From the NCBI GenBank assembly GCA_964645405.1, contig CAZYCA010000029.1, positions 28,047-92,046 of the forward strand: a stretch of DNA of 64,000 bases, in the 5' to 3' direction. Positions 19,455 to 29,579 of the stretch are shown piece after piece. The notes below the pieces were generated by a model, which did not search any database, was not told the DNA's origin, and saw only the letters and a list, made by a program, of their open reading frames with translations. Position numbers and translations under genes: made by a program. The DNA is from an uncultured bacterium (lineage in GTDB: Bacteria; Ratteibacteria; UBA8468; B48-G9; DSTR01). Position 1 is the stretch's first letter. Each line of letters opens with the position of its first letter.

Positions 19455-20594
19455 TTATTTAAAAATTTTCTCCTGGCTTTCATACCAGAAAGCACGAGCA
19501 TCAGAGCAGTTTTCTCCGGACCTGACAGGGGCAATAAGAATAATCGTACCCTTACGGCTCAGATAAGAAAGAATTCTCCGGAAATAAACAGACAATGATT
19601 CATCTTCTTTTCTGGGGACTGTCCCAAAATAGACTTTTCCTGCAGCTTCTATTCCGGGAAGGGTCTCCTCCCAGCAAAACTTTTCTGGATTACCAAAGTT
19701 AACTGCTACCACTTCTCCTGCCTGCAGAAGTTTCTCCAGAAGAAATTCATTTTTTCCGCAGAAATGGAACCAGCCACCAAAAGGTGAAACTGCCTGCAGT
19801 GAAAAAGGTAAAACTTTTTCTATCAGCCCAGGAGAAAGCAATGTGGTACTGTCTTCACAGGAACGTACACCGCAACCATCCGCATATAAACAATTGCTGT
19901 GGTAACTGGCTTTCAGCGGTTCCTTGATCCAGCCTTTAATAATCTGGCTGGCACGCTGGTAGACATAGGCAGAAAGAGTTAGAAGATGTTCCACAAAAGC
20001 AAAGTCATCATAAAACTCATAGAAAAGGTTATCCCCATAAACAAGATGTGCCAGGTCAAAAACCCCCTGCGTGTCTGGAAGAAAAATCTTCACCGGTGTC
20101 TCCTTTAGATATCCCTGATAAACACTCAGGTAATCCCGGCAGGCAGGAAGTAATCCCTTTTCCTCTAAAGGTTCTAATTTCTCCGGGGAAAGAGATAAAA
20201 GTTGTTTTTTGTTTAGATGCTGCTGGAGCCAGGGCATTCTGTCCGGAAAAATTTCCTGGGAAAGACCAAAGACAGATGCCAGAAAACCGGTCCCGAAATT
20301 AACCCGGACAGAAGGTAAACCATCTGCCTTTCCTCTTAAAACTGCTAAGGCTGTCCACAATTGTTCATAGAGCATTTTCTCCGGGTCATAAAACTGTTCT
20401 TTTAAATCGTAACGCGCATAATTTTCCCGCTCCGGTACCGGGCCGTAAACTAAAAGGGGTAAGAAATCAGGTTCTTTTCCCTGCCAGACCAGGGATTGTC
20501 TTTCCTGACCAGGGGAAAGATTATGCTTTCCAGCTTCTTCCCTGATAAGACCAAGGAGCTTTTTCAGTTCTTCCTTTACTCTTTTCATTCCCAC
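19455..20594 (-). CDS. Uroporphyrinogen decarboxylase / MtaA-CmuA-fold protein
   Basis: NFGTG, PDTQGVFDLAHL.YG..LFY, CEDS..LLSP, HFCG motifs. Confidence 0.7.
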   Translation of the reverse strand: MGMKRVKEELKKLLGLIREEAGKHNLSPGQERQSLVWQGKEPDFLPLLVYGPVPERENYARYDLKEQFYDPEKMLYEQLWTALAVLRGKADGLPSVRVNFGTGFLASVFGLSQEIFPDRMPWLQQHLNKKQLLSLSPEKLEPLEEKGLLPACRDYLSVYQGYLKETPVKIFLPDTQGVFDLAHLVYGDNLFYEFYDDFAFVEHLLTLSAYVYQRASQIIKGWIKEPLKASYHSNCLYADGCGVRSCEDSTTLLSPGLIEKVLPFSLQAVSPFGGWFHFCGKNEFLLEKLLQAGEVVAVNFGNPEKFCWEETLPGIEAAGKVYFGTVPRKEDESLSVYFRRILSYLSRKGTIILIAPVRSGENCSDARAFWYESQEKIFK

Positions 20595-20603
20595 ATCCCC
20601 TTT

Positions 20604-21902
20604 CTACTCTGCTTTTGCCTGTAAATCGTAATCAGTACTGCCGGTAATCCTTACCGCCAGGAAAGATCCCGGAGTAAGTCTTTCTGCCTGAATTATCACC
20701 TGTCCATCAATCTCTGGAGCATCAAATTCTGTCCTGCCCAGCCAGTTTTTACCATTTTTTCTTTCCACCAGGACACGAACGGTTTTACCCACCATCTTTT
20801 TTAACTTTTCTCTGGAGATTTTTCTCTGGACCTGGAGAAGATAATTTCTTCTTTTCTGGATAACTTCTGAGGGAAGGTGACCCAGGTCGTCATAAGCTGG
20901 AGTTTTCTTCTCCCGGGAGTAAGCAAAAACACCTACTTTTTCCAGTTTCACATCTTTAAGAAAATCCACCAGGTACTGGAAATGCCTTTCTTTCTCTCCA
21001 GGAAAACCCACGATAAAACTGCTGCGCAGGTGTATTCCCGGTATCATTTCTCTTACTTTCCGTATTAACTGGCGGTAATCTAAAACCGGCCGGTTCATTT
21101 TCTTCAGTATCTCCGGATGAGCATGCTGCAGGGGTAAGTCCAGGTAACGACAGAAACTCCGATTTTCAGCCATCACCTGCAGTAGCTTTTCTGTGAGATG
21201 ACCGGGATGAGCATAAAGGATTCTTATCCAGGGGAAACTTATCCTGCCCAGTTTTTCCAGAAGTTGCGCTAAACTGGATGCAGGTTTTAAATCCTGGCCA
21301 TAAGCAGTGGTATCCTGAGCGATAATGATGAGTTCCTTTACTCCCTGGTGAAAAAGGGCATCCGCCTCAGCCAAAATTTCATCCACAGGACGGCTACGCA
21401 GCACGCCTCTTAAACTGGGGATGAGGCAGTAGCGACAGAAGTTGCTGCATCCTTCTGCAATTTTTAAATAGGCATAAGTTCCGGTGGTCACCAGCCTGGG
21501 GTAAGAACCTTGCTGCTGGAATGTTTCCCGGGAGAAACGGAAAACACGCCTGCCAGCCAGAACCCCGGTGACAACATCCCTTATCTTTCCAGGGTCCCCT
21601 GTACCCATAAGCCCGTCTATCTGTTCATCACGGAAAAGGTTTTTTCCCCATCTCTGAACCAGGCAACCTGTGACAATCAGCTTCTGTCTTCTTTGCTTTT
21701 TCCACCTTTTCATTTTCTGCAGCCAGCTACAGGATTCTGCCACAGCCTCCTGCAGAAAAGCACAGGTATTAAGCAGGAGAATATCTGCCTGCTGTGCACT
21801 CCGGGTTAGAATGTAACCTTTTTCTGCAAGAAGACCAATCATCTGCTCAGCATCCACCAGATTTTTCGGGCAGCCAAGGCTTACCAGATAGAATTTCTTC
21901 AT
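20604..21902 (-). CDS. rimO: Ribosomal protein S12 methylthiotransferase RimO
   Basis: SLGCPKNLVD, NTC.F, YLKIAEGCSNFCRYC, DAPEIDG, TRAM domain. Confidence 0.95.
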   Translation of the reverse strand: MKKFYLVSLGCPKNLVDAEQMIGLLAEKGYILTRSAQQADILLLNTCAFLQEAVAESCSWLQKMKRWKKQRRQKLIVTGCLVQRWGKNLFRDEQIDGLMGTGDPGKIRDVVTGVLAGRRVFRFSRETFQQQGSYPRLVTTGTYAYLKIAEGCSNFCRYCLIPSLRGVLRSRPVDEILAEADALFHQGVKELIIIAQDTTAYGQDLKPASSLAQLLEKLGRISFPWIRILYAHPGHLTEKLLQVMAENRSFCRYLDLPLQHAHPEILKKMNRPVLDYRQLIRKVREMIPGIHLRSSFIVGFPGEKERHFQYLVDFLKDVKLEKVGVFAYSREKKTPAYDDLGHLPSEVIQKRRNYLLQVQRKISREKLKKMVGKTVRVLVERKNGKNWLGRTEFDAPEIDGQVIIQAERLTPGSFLAVRITGSTDYDLQAKAE

Positions 21903-21918
21903 AGGAAAAAAAATTGCC

Positions 21919-24063
21919 TTATTCGCTGGTTTTCTTCAGCACTTCCCGGGGTTTACCTTCACGATAGGGGCCAACAATACCTTCTTCTTCCATTTTTTCA
22001 ATCAAGCCTGCAGCCTTGTTGAACCCTATCTTCAACCTCCGTTGCAGCATAGAGATAGAGGCAATCCTGGTGTCCAGGACAATCCGTTTCGCCTGGCTGT
22101 AAAGGTCATTTTCTTCCTGGCTCAGTTTTGTGCTACCGGATACTTCCTCTTCTTCTTCTGGAGATTCCAGAATTTCCATCTGATACTCTGCTTCTTTCTG
22201 CTCCTTGAGAAAATGACACAGGCTTTCTATCTCCTCATCCGAGATAAAACAGCCCTGAATCCGTAAAGGACGAGAACTGCCGGGAGGGGTAAAAAGCATA
22301 TCTCCTCGGCCAAGAAGTTTCTCTGCTCCGATGTTGTCCATAATAGTTTTGGAATCAAAACGAGAAGGAACCTGAAAAGCAATCCGGCACGGAAGGTTGG
22401 CTTTGATAACACCTGTTATCACGTTGACAGAGGGTCTCTGCGTGGCCAGAATGAGGTGCACCCCGGCAGCCCGGGAAAGCTGGGATAACCGGATAATGCT
22501 ATTTTCAATATCGTTTCTGGCAATCATCATCAAATCAGCCAGTTCATCAATCACCACTACAATGTAAGGAAGAGGCTCCTGCCGATACTGGGCGTTATAA
22601 CTTTCAATGTTTCTCACCTTTTTCTCATTAAAAAGACTGTAACGTCTTTCCATTTCACTGATAAGCCATTTCAGCGCTACTACTGCCTGTCTTATCTTGG
22701 TAACCACAGGCACCAGAAGATGGGGTAAGCCATCATAAAAAGTCAGTTCCACCATCTTTGGGTCAATCATCAGAAAACGTACTTCCTCAGGAGAAGCCTT
22801 GTAAAGGATGGAAGTAATCAGGGAGTTAATACAGACTGTTTTGCCAGAACCGGTGGCTCCGGCAATGAGTAAATGGGGCATCAGTTTTAAGTCCGAGACA
22901 ATGGGCCGGCCCATAACATCCTTACCGATAGCCACAGTCAGTTTAGACCTGCTGGTGGTAAACTCCTTGCTTGCCAGAATCTCCCTTAAATAAATGATAG
23001 AGATATCCCTGTTCGGAACCTCTATCCCGACAGTGGATTTTCCGGGCAGCGGCGCTACAATCCTGATGGTGGTAGTTTTCAGACTCATAGCAATGTTGTC
23101 CTGGATACTGTGGAGTCTGGAAACCTGAATACCTGGTGCCAGCTGCAATTCGTACATGGTCACCCGGGGACCCTGGTTAATCTGCACAATTTCTCCTTCT
23201 ATCCCAAACTCGGAAATTGTCTCCTCAATCACCTGTACACAACGGTCGAGGTCTTCCCTGGTTTCTTTCTGGGTGGGACTACCTATTTTCAGTAAATCCA
23301 GTGAGGGAAGCTGGAAACCGGAGACAATGCGGGAAGGTTTAACACGTTCTGGTGCTTTCACAACTGCCTTTTCCTTTTCTGTCTCCGGAGACACATCAGG
23401 GGTAGAATTGTTTAGCACAATCTGGGAAGACGGCTGGGAAGTAACATTTTTTCTGGCTACAGAAACTTCCTTTTTTCTAAGAACGGGCGCAACTTCCAAT
23501 TCTGAAGGCAAAACCATTTTCTCCCTCTGCCCCTGCCAGGAAGGAGAATAATTCAGCAGTTCAAGAAAAGGTGTGATAAAAACCCTGTGACCAAGTCCCA
23601 CAAACCCTAAAATAGCCAGTCCCAGAACAAGGTAGACTCCCTTCCAGCCAAACCAGCCGCTCAGGATTTTTGCCAGAAGTAACCCTGCCAGCCCTCCTTT
23701 ACCAGAAAAACTGCCATTCCCGCCCAGAGAAAACAAAACTGCACAAACTAAAAGCAGTCCCAGCAGGCTGGTCAGTTCTCTTTTCCAGGAATGTAAATCT
23801 CCCCAGAGCACGCTCCAGCCTAAGACCAGCAGAAGAAAGACAAAAAGATAAGCACTGGAACCAAGAAAGAAAACAAGAAGTCCCGCCAGATAAGCGCCAA
23901 AATGTCCGCCAAAATTAACTGGTTTCTCCGGCGGGTAGCCAGCCTGACAGAAAGCAAAGGTCACATCATAAGGGTTATATGTCCATAAACACAGAAAAAC
24001 AAAAACGCCTAACCCGAAAAGAATTACACCCTTCACCCAGCGTTCAATATCTTTGCCTGCCAT
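21919..24063 (-). CDS. ftsK: DNA translocase FtsK
   Basis: N-terminal TM region, PHLLIAGATGSGK, IDPKMVEL, DELADLMM, ATQRPS, gamma domain SMLQRRLKIGFNKA. Confidence 0.97.
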   Translation of the reverse strand: MAGKDIERWVKGVILFGLGVFVFLCLWTYNPYDVTFAFCQAGYPPEKPVNFGGHFGAYLAGLLVFFLGSSAYLFVFLLLVLGWSVLWGDLHSWKRELTSLLGLLLVCAVLFSLGGNGSFSGKGGLAGLLLAKILSGWFGWKGVYLVLGLAILGFVGLGHRVFITPFLELLNYSPSWQGQREKMVLPSELEVAPVLRKKEVSVARKNVTSQPSSQIVLNNSTPDVSPETEKEKAVVKAPERVKPSRIVSGFQLPSLDLLKIGSPTQKETREDLDRCVQVIEETISEFGIEGEIVQINQGPRVTMYELQLAPGIQVSRLHSIQDNIAMSLKTTTIRIVAPLPGKSTVGIEVPNRDISIIYLREILASKEFTTSRSKLTVAIGKDVMGRPIVSDLKLMPHLLIAGATGSGKTVCINSLITSILYKASPEEVRFLMIDPKMVELTFYDGLPHLLVPVVTKIRQAVVALKWLISEMERRYSLFNEKKVRNIESYNAQYRQEPLPYIVVVIDELADLMMIARNDIENSIIRLSQLSRAAGVHLILATQRPSVNVITGVIKANLPCRIAFQVPSRFDSKTIMDNIGAEKLLGRGDMLFTPPGSSRPLRIQGCFISDEEIESLCHFLKEQKEAEYQMEILESPEEEEEVSGSTKLSQEENDLYSQAKRIVLDTRIASISMLQRRLKIGFNKAAGLIEKMEEEGIVGPYREGKPREVLKKTSE

Positions 24064-24141
24064 TTTTCTTCACAGGATTTCCACAATTTCCACAGTTTTA
24101 TGTTACCATATGGCTGTCTCCTCAACAAACAAGCTCTTTGC

Positions 24142-24170
24142 TTGACAAACAAACTGTGCTCTGGTATCTT
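24142..24170 (+). promoter_or_regulatory. Sigma-70 promoter for tRNA-Phe (TTGACA-N17-TATCTT)
   Basis: Perfect -35 and 17-nt spacer, 16 nt upstream of the tRNA. Confidence 0.6.
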
Positions 24171-24186
24171 AAGGCTACACTGAAAA

Positions 24187-24261
24187 GCCGGGGTAGCTCA
24201 GTGGTAGAGCGCAGCCCTGAAAAGGCTGGCGTGGGCAGTTCGATTCTGCCCCCCGGCACCA
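24187..24261 (+). tRNA. tRNA-Phe (GAA)
   Basis: Acceptor stem GCCGGGG/CCCCGGC, D-arm TAGCTCAGTGGTAGAGC, anticodon arm CAGCC-CTGAAAA-GGCTG, T-loop GTTCGAT, encoded CCA. Confidence 0.97.
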
Positions 24262-24353
24262 GGAAAAACAGTAAAGGTATCTACACCTGCAACAAAAAGG
24301 TTAAAAGTTTAACCAGAAACACCCAGGATTGCCCCTGAAATTCCGGGCCGCAA

Positions 24354-27300
24354 ATGGACTACTACGCAGAACTCCTCAGCCGTCTGAGAAGCATCAATCC
24401 TGGTACCAGGTATTTTATTAACCGCCTGTTTAACGCAGAAAAATTTGCTTTCCTGGAAAAATGCGTAGAAAACCTTAAGCTTATTAATGAGCTGGAAAAC
24501 CAGGTCAAGCAACTGACAGATGCTCAACTGGCTGAACGCTCCCGGCAGTTGAAACAAAGGGTGAAAGAAGGTGTCAGTTTAGATGACCTTCTGGTAGAAG
24601 CCTTTGCCCTTGTTAGAGAAGCAGCCGCCCGTACTATCGGACTTAGACCTTTTGATGTCCAGATTATCGGTGGGATGGTGCTGCACCACGGGAAGGTGGC
24701 AGAGATGGCTACAGGGGAAGGAAAGACCCTGGTCGCTACATTGCCTCTTTATCTGAATGCCCTTACCGGATCTGGCGTTCATCTGGTTACGGTGAATGAT
24801 TACCTTGCCAAGAGGGATACGCAATGGATGGGACCAATCTTTCACGCCCTGGGACTTTCAGTCGGTTGCATCATTGCCTATCGGGATGAGAAAACTCCCC
24901 TGGGTACTCCCGGGTTCATCTTTGACCCCACCTACATGCCAGCAGATTCCCGGTTTCTTTACCTCCGGCCAGCTACCCGCAAACAGGCTTATGACTGTGA
25001 TATTACCTATGGGGTGGGAAGTGAATTCGGGTTTGACTATCTACGGGACAACATGGCTGTCCAGAAAGAACAACAGGTTCAACGCCAGCTTAATTATGCG
25101 ATTATTGATGAGGTGGACAGCATTTTGATAGATGAAGCCCGCACGCCGTTAATCATCTCCGGTCCATCAGAAGAATCACCCCAGCTTTACTACCAGATTG
25201 ACCGTCTGGTCCGGAAGCTGGTAAGGGATACGGACTATTTAATTGACGAAGAAGCCCAGACTGCGACCCTGACAGATGAAGGTGTCAGAAAATGTGAGCA
25301 TCTTCTGGGCATTCAAAATCTCTATGATGGGATGCACACGGAACTGGTACATCGTATTAACCAGGCTCTGCGGGCTCATGCTTTTTTCCAGAGAGATAAG
25401 GAATATGTGGTGAAAAATGGCCAGGTTATCATCGTGGACGAATTTACCGGCCGGTTAATGCCTGGCCGGCGCTGGAGCGATGGACTGCACCAGGCTGTGG
25501 AAGCCAAGGAGGGTGTCACCATTGAAAGCGAAAACCAGACCCTGGCAACCATTTCTTTTCAGAATTATTTCCGGCTTTACACCAAGATTGCTGGCATGAC
25601 CGGTACAGCCCTGACTGAAGCTGTGGAATTTAAAGAAATTTACAAGCTTGATGTGATTGCTATTCCTACCAATAAACCTTTACGACGCACCGAGTACGAC
25701 GATGAGATTTATCGTAGTGAAAAAGAGAAGTTTAATGCCGTCCTATCCGAGATTGAACAGATGCATCAAAACCAGCGGCCGGTCCTGGTAGGCACCATCT
25801 CCATTGAGAAAGCAGAAAAATTAAGCCGCCTGCTTTCCCAGCGCGGGCTTGTCCACCGGGTGCTGCATGGAAAAAATCACGAGGCTGAAGCTGCCATCAT
25901 TGCCCAGGCTGGCAGACCAGGAGCAATCACCATAGCCACCCAGATGGCTGGCCGCGGGGTAGATATTATCCTGGGTGGCAACCCGGAGATTTTAGCCCGG
26001 GAAGAAACCATTCAAAACATCAGAACCCGCCTGGCAGGAAGTAAGCCCCAGACTAATCCAAAGACCTTTCTGGATTCCATTAACGAACTGGAAGCCCACT
26101 ACAAGAAGACCCTGGAAGAAATTGAAGAAAAATTCAGAGCAGACCTGGAAAAACTAAAAGGCATCATGCTGGAGAAGGAGAAAAACTTCTCCTTGCTGGA
26201 CCAGAAAGTTAGAGAAAACATGGACCGCACTGTGTTCCTGCAGGCTGGTGGTTCTGACTATCAGCGGCTGGAGCCAAGGCTGGCTAAGCTCTGGGAAAAA
26301 TATAAAGAAGCAGAAGCCGCCCATAACCAGGCCCAGATAGAATTTAAGGAGAAACCTGAAAGATTGAAAGAATACAAAGAGAGCATGAACAGGGCTTACC
26401 GGGACTGGGATAACTTCCGGGAAGCCTGCCGCCGTAAGTTTGGTATTGTCACCAGAAACCAGATTCAGGACAGGGCCGGGCTTTTCGTTCAGACTCTGGA
26501 AAAACCACCGGAGAAAAAGGAGGTGGCTGTCAAAACCATCACCGCAGAGATACAGCAATACCAGGAGATTTTAGAAAACTACGAGAAAACAATAGCACCA
26601 CTGCTCAGCCAGGAGCTTTCTGCCAGCAAGCCTGCCCATCTTTTCAGGCAGCAAGCCAGCCACTACCGGAACCTTTTACAGAACCTGGGAAAAAGAATCT
26701 CTGAGGCGCAGGACGAATTTACGCTGAAATCCGTTCTGGCCGAGCATCTTTCCCGGGAATCAGCTGCCTATCGTCAGTTTATGGATAGTCTGGAAAGTCT
26801 GGAAAAGGAAATTCTCTATAGCCTGGGTGGTCAGGAATATCACCAGGCAGAAAAAGAATACAGAGCGGCTGTGGCGGAATACGAAAAATTGCTGGCGGAG
26901 TATCAGCAGGCGCTGAACCAGGCCAGAGAAAATTATGAACTCTCCCGCAGCCAGCTGGAGAGTCAGTGGCAGAAAGCCAAGGAAGAACTGGAGAAAAGCC
27001 CGAAAGAATTTAAAGAACTTTATGAGACTATCCTGGAAAAGTACCGCACTCCCTGGTTGAAAGACCATGAAAAGGTGGTAAATGCCGGGGGACTTCACAT
27101 CATCGGAACTGAACGCTATGAATCACGCCGGATTGATAACCAGCTGAAAGGACGGGCTGGCAGACAGGGAGACCCTGGTTCTTCCCGTTTTTACCTCTCC
27201 CTGGAAGATGACCTTCTGCGGATTTTCGGGGCAGAACGGCTGGCAGGAATCATGTCAACACTTCCTGAAGGTGACAAAATCACCCATCCCCTGATTACCA

Positions 27301-28178
27301 GGACAATCAACAATGCCCAAAAAAAAGTGGAAGCCAGAAACTTTGAAATCCGGAAGCAGCTGCTGGAGTTTGACAACGTTCTCCATGAACAGAGAAAGAT
27401 AGTTTATGCCCTGCGACAGGATATCCTGGAAGGCCGTCATCTGGAGGAATATGTGGAGGAGTTTGCCTCTTCTGTAGTAGACAGTTTGAAGCAGCAGTAT
27501 CTTAACGAGAAACTACCTTATGATTCCTGGAATATAGAAGGACTTCTGCATTATTTACATACCAGCTTTGGTCTGGTACTTAATATTCCCAGACCAGAGA
27601 TTAAGGCAGAGTATCCTGCCTGGTGCGAGAGTCTGTGTGAGCAAATTAAGAATGCCCTGGTAAATGCCTACCAGGAGAAAAAAGCAACTCTGGGTCCGGT
27701 TCTACCGGAAGTTCAAAAAATTATTATGCTACAGGTGATTGATACTAAATGGCGGTCTCATCTGCGTAATCTGGATGAACTGCGGGAGGGTATCAGTCTG
27801 CGTGCCTATGCCCAGCGTGACCCTCTGATTGCTTATAAACATGAAGGTTATGCTCTTTTTCAGGAATTACTTTCTTCTGCCAGAGAAGAAATTCTGGGAG
27901 GTCTTCTCCGGGTCCAGGTTTCCCCAACCCAGCTTGCTTTCACCAAACCTGCTGGCCCAAAAGTGGCTGGCTATGTTCACCAGTCCGTAGACCACTTTGC
28001 CAAAACCCCGGAAGCTGAAAAACAGCCAGATACTGTTGGAAGTGACCAGGCAGTCTCTGCTGTTAGTCCGGGTCCCGGACAGCAAATTCCGGTAAGAGTC
28101 AAGAAAGTTGGACGCAACGACCCCTGTCCGTGTGGCAGCGGTAAAAAGTATAAAAAGTGCTGTGGAAAATCTGTGTGA
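24354..28178 (+). CDS. secA: Preprotein translocase SecA, 1274 aa with a large helical insertion
   Basis: EMATGEGKT, TVNDYLA, IIDEVDSILIDEARTPLIISG, GMTGTA, RRIDNQL.GR.GRQGDPG, SEC-C motif CPCGSGKKYKKCC. Confidence 0.97.
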   Translation: MDYYAELLSRLRSINPGTRYFINRLFNAEKFAFLEKCVENLKLINELENQVKQLTDAQLAERSRQLKQRVKEGVSLDDLLVEAFALVREAAARTIGLRPFDVQIIGGMVLHHGKVAEMATGEGKTLVATLPLYLNALTGSGVHLVTVNDYLAKRDTQWMGPIFHALGLSVGCIIAYRDEKTPLGTPGFIFDPTYMPADSRFLYLRPATRKQAYDCDITYGVGSEFGFDYLRDNMAVQKEQQVQRQLNYAIIDEVDSILIDEARTPLIISGPSEESPQLYYQIDRLVRKLVRDTDYLIDEEAQTATLTDEGVRKCEHLLGIQNLYDGMHTELVHRINQALRAHAFFQRDKEYVVKNGQVIIVDEFTGRLMPGRRWSDGLHQAVEAKEGVTIESENQTLATISFQNYFRLYTKIAGMTGTALTEAVEFKEIYKLDVIAIPTNKPLRRTEYDDEIYRSEKEKFNAVLSEIEQMHQNQRPVLVGTISIEKAEKLSRLLSQRGLVHRVLHGKNHEAEAAIIAQAGRPGAITIATQMAGRGVDIILGGNPEILAREETIQNIRTRLAGSKPQTNPKTFLDSINELEAHYKKTLEEIEEKFRADLEKLKGIMLEKEKNFSLLDQKVRENMDRTVFLQAGGSDYQRLEPRLAKLWEKYKEAEAAHNQAQIEFKEKPERLKEYKESMNRAYRDWDNFREACRRKFGIVTRNQIQDRAGLFVQTLEKPPEKKEVAVKTITAEIQQYQEILENYEKTIAPLLSQELSASKPAHLFRQQASHYRNLLQNLGKRISEAQDEFTLKSVLAEHLSRESAAYRQFMDSLESLEKEILYSLGGQEYHQAEKEYRAAVAEYEKLLAEYQQALNQARENYELSRSQLESQWQKAKEELEKSPKEFKELYETILEKYRTPWLKDHEKVVNAGGLHIIGTERYESRRIDNQLKGRAGRQGDPGSSRFYLSLEDDLLRIFGAERLAGIMSTLPEGDKITHPLITRTINNAQKKVEARNFEIRKQLLEFDNVLHEQRKIVYALRQDILEGRHLEEYVEEFASSVVDSLKQQYLNEKLPYDSWNIEGLLHYLHTSFGLVLNIPRPEIKAEYPAWCESLCEQIKNALVNAYQEKKATLGPVLPEVQKIIMLQVIDTKWRSHLRNLDELREGISLRAYAQRDPLIAYKHEGYALFQELLSSAREEILGGLLRVQVSPTQLAFTKPAGPKVAGYVHQSVDHFAKTPEAEKQPDTVGSDQAVSAVSPGPGQQIPVRVKKVGRNDPCPCGSGKKYKKCCGKSV

Positions 28179-28193
28179 AAGATGTAGAAAAAT

Positions 28194-29489
28194 ATGGACC
28201 AGCAAAATCTCTTAGCTATCTGGCAGAAAGTTCTCTCCCGCATCAGTACCAGGATAGGCAACACCAGGGCTGTTGATATCTGGATTAAACCAGTTATCCC
28301 GGCGGCCCTGAATAATCAGACTCTTATTCTGGTTTTACCGAACAGAACCTTCCAGAAGGGATTTGCTGCTTTTACCGAACCGCTGCTGGAATGTTTTGCG
28401 GAAATTCTTGGTTTCAAACCCACCCTTCAGTACTCCTATGACGACGACACGGCAATCCAGCAATTTTCAGGCAGCAACCTGAATGCAGATTATACCTTTG
28501 AAAACTTTGTCGTGGGACCTGCTAACCGTCTGGCACATGCTGCGGCTCTGGCAGTGGCTCAAACCCCGGGTACTGCTTACAATCCCCTTTTCATTTATGG
28601 CGGGGTAGGTCTGGGAAAAACTCACTTAATGCAGGCTATCGGTCACTTCGCCGAGCAACAGAAAAGCGGAAAGACAACCTATTTACCATGTGAGGTCTTT
28701 GTTAACGCTTTTATCCAGGCTATCCAGACCAAAACTACATCACATTTCCGCAACAGGTTTCGTAGCCTGGACATCCTTCTCATTGACGATATCCATTTTA
28801 TTGCTGGCAAGGAGGGTACTCAGGAAGAATTCTTCCACACTTTTAATACTCTCTATGATGCGCGGAAACAGATTATTCTTTCCAGTGATAGACCGCCCAA
28901 GGAGATACCTCAACTGGAAAAAAGGCTGGTCTCCAGGTTTGAATGGGGACTGGTGGTGGACATCCAACCTCCAGATTTTGAAACCAGGGTAGCTATTCTC
29001 AAGAAGAAATGCCAGCTGAAGTCTTTAACTGTGCCGGATGAAGTTATCTTTTTCCTTGCTGAGCAGATTAAAGATAACATCAGACTCCTGGAAGGAGCAC
29101 TCAACAGACTTTTCGCTTTTTCCAGTTTACTCAATCAGGAGATTAACTTAGAGTTGACTGCTGAAGTAATCAAGGGCCTTTACCAGAAGGAAAAAAAGAA
29201 GGTGACCCTCGACCTTATTATGGAGAAGGTTTGCTCTTTCTTTCATATTTCTACCCATGAAATTACAAGCCGTACGCGCAGGAAGGATATCCTTACCCCG
29301 CGCCAGATTGCTATGTACCTGGCCAGGGAGCTGACAGATTACTCCCTGATGGCTATTGCTGAGGAGTTTGGAGGTAAGGACCATACCACGGTCATCCATG
29401 CGTACAGGAAGATAAAATCAAAATCAAGCCAGGATTCTTATCTCAGTAATGTCCTGGAGCAAATAAAAAGGACCTTAACAGAGAGTTGA
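28194..29489 (+). CDS. dnaA: Chromosomal replication initiator DnaA
   Basis: YTFENFVVG, YNPLFIYGGVGLGKTHL, TQEEFFHTFN, SRFEWGL, RQIAMYL, DHTTV. Confidence 0.98.
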   Translation: MDQQNLLAIWQKVLSRISTRIGNTRAVDIWIKPVIPAALNNQTLILVLPNRTFQKGFAAFTEPLLECFAEILGFKPTLQYSYDDDTAIQQFSGSNLNADYTFENFVVGPANRLAHAAALAVAQTPGTAYNPLFIYGGVGLGKTHLMQAIGHFAEQQKSGKTTYLPCEVFVNAFIQAIQTKTTSHFRNRFRSLDILLIDDIHFIAGKEGTQEEFFHTFNTLYDARKQIILSSDRPPKEIPQLEKRLVSRFEWGLVVDIQPPDFETRVAILKKKCQLKSLTVPDEVIFFLAEQIKDNIRLLEGALNRLFAFSSLLNQEINLELTAEVIKGLYQKEKKKVTLDLIMEKVCSFFHISTHEITSRTRRKDILTPRQIAMYLARELTDYSLMAIAEEFGGKDHTTVIHAYRKIKSKSSQDSYLSNVLEQIKRTLTES

Positions 29490-29490
29490 T

Positions 29491-29579
29491 TTTTACACAT
29501 TAAAAGAATATACTAACACAAAAGGAGATAATGTTTTAGACAACTTATCCACAATCTCAACACTTTTTTCTACTATAAC
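29491..29579. other. Candidate oriC core between dnaA and dnaN
   Basis: TTTTACACA at 29491, perfect TTATCCACA at 29545 with abutting degenerate ATCTCAACA, then TACTATAAC (DnaA-trio-like); AT-rich. Confidence 0.5.

Noticed and set aside
23979-24338. 119-aa ORF
   Set aside because: Overlaps the ftsK start, a promoter and tRNA-Phe; spurious
26000-27060. Intein in SecA
   Set aside because: No Cys/Ser start with His-Asn end and no homing endonuclease motifs; composition is coiled-coil-like
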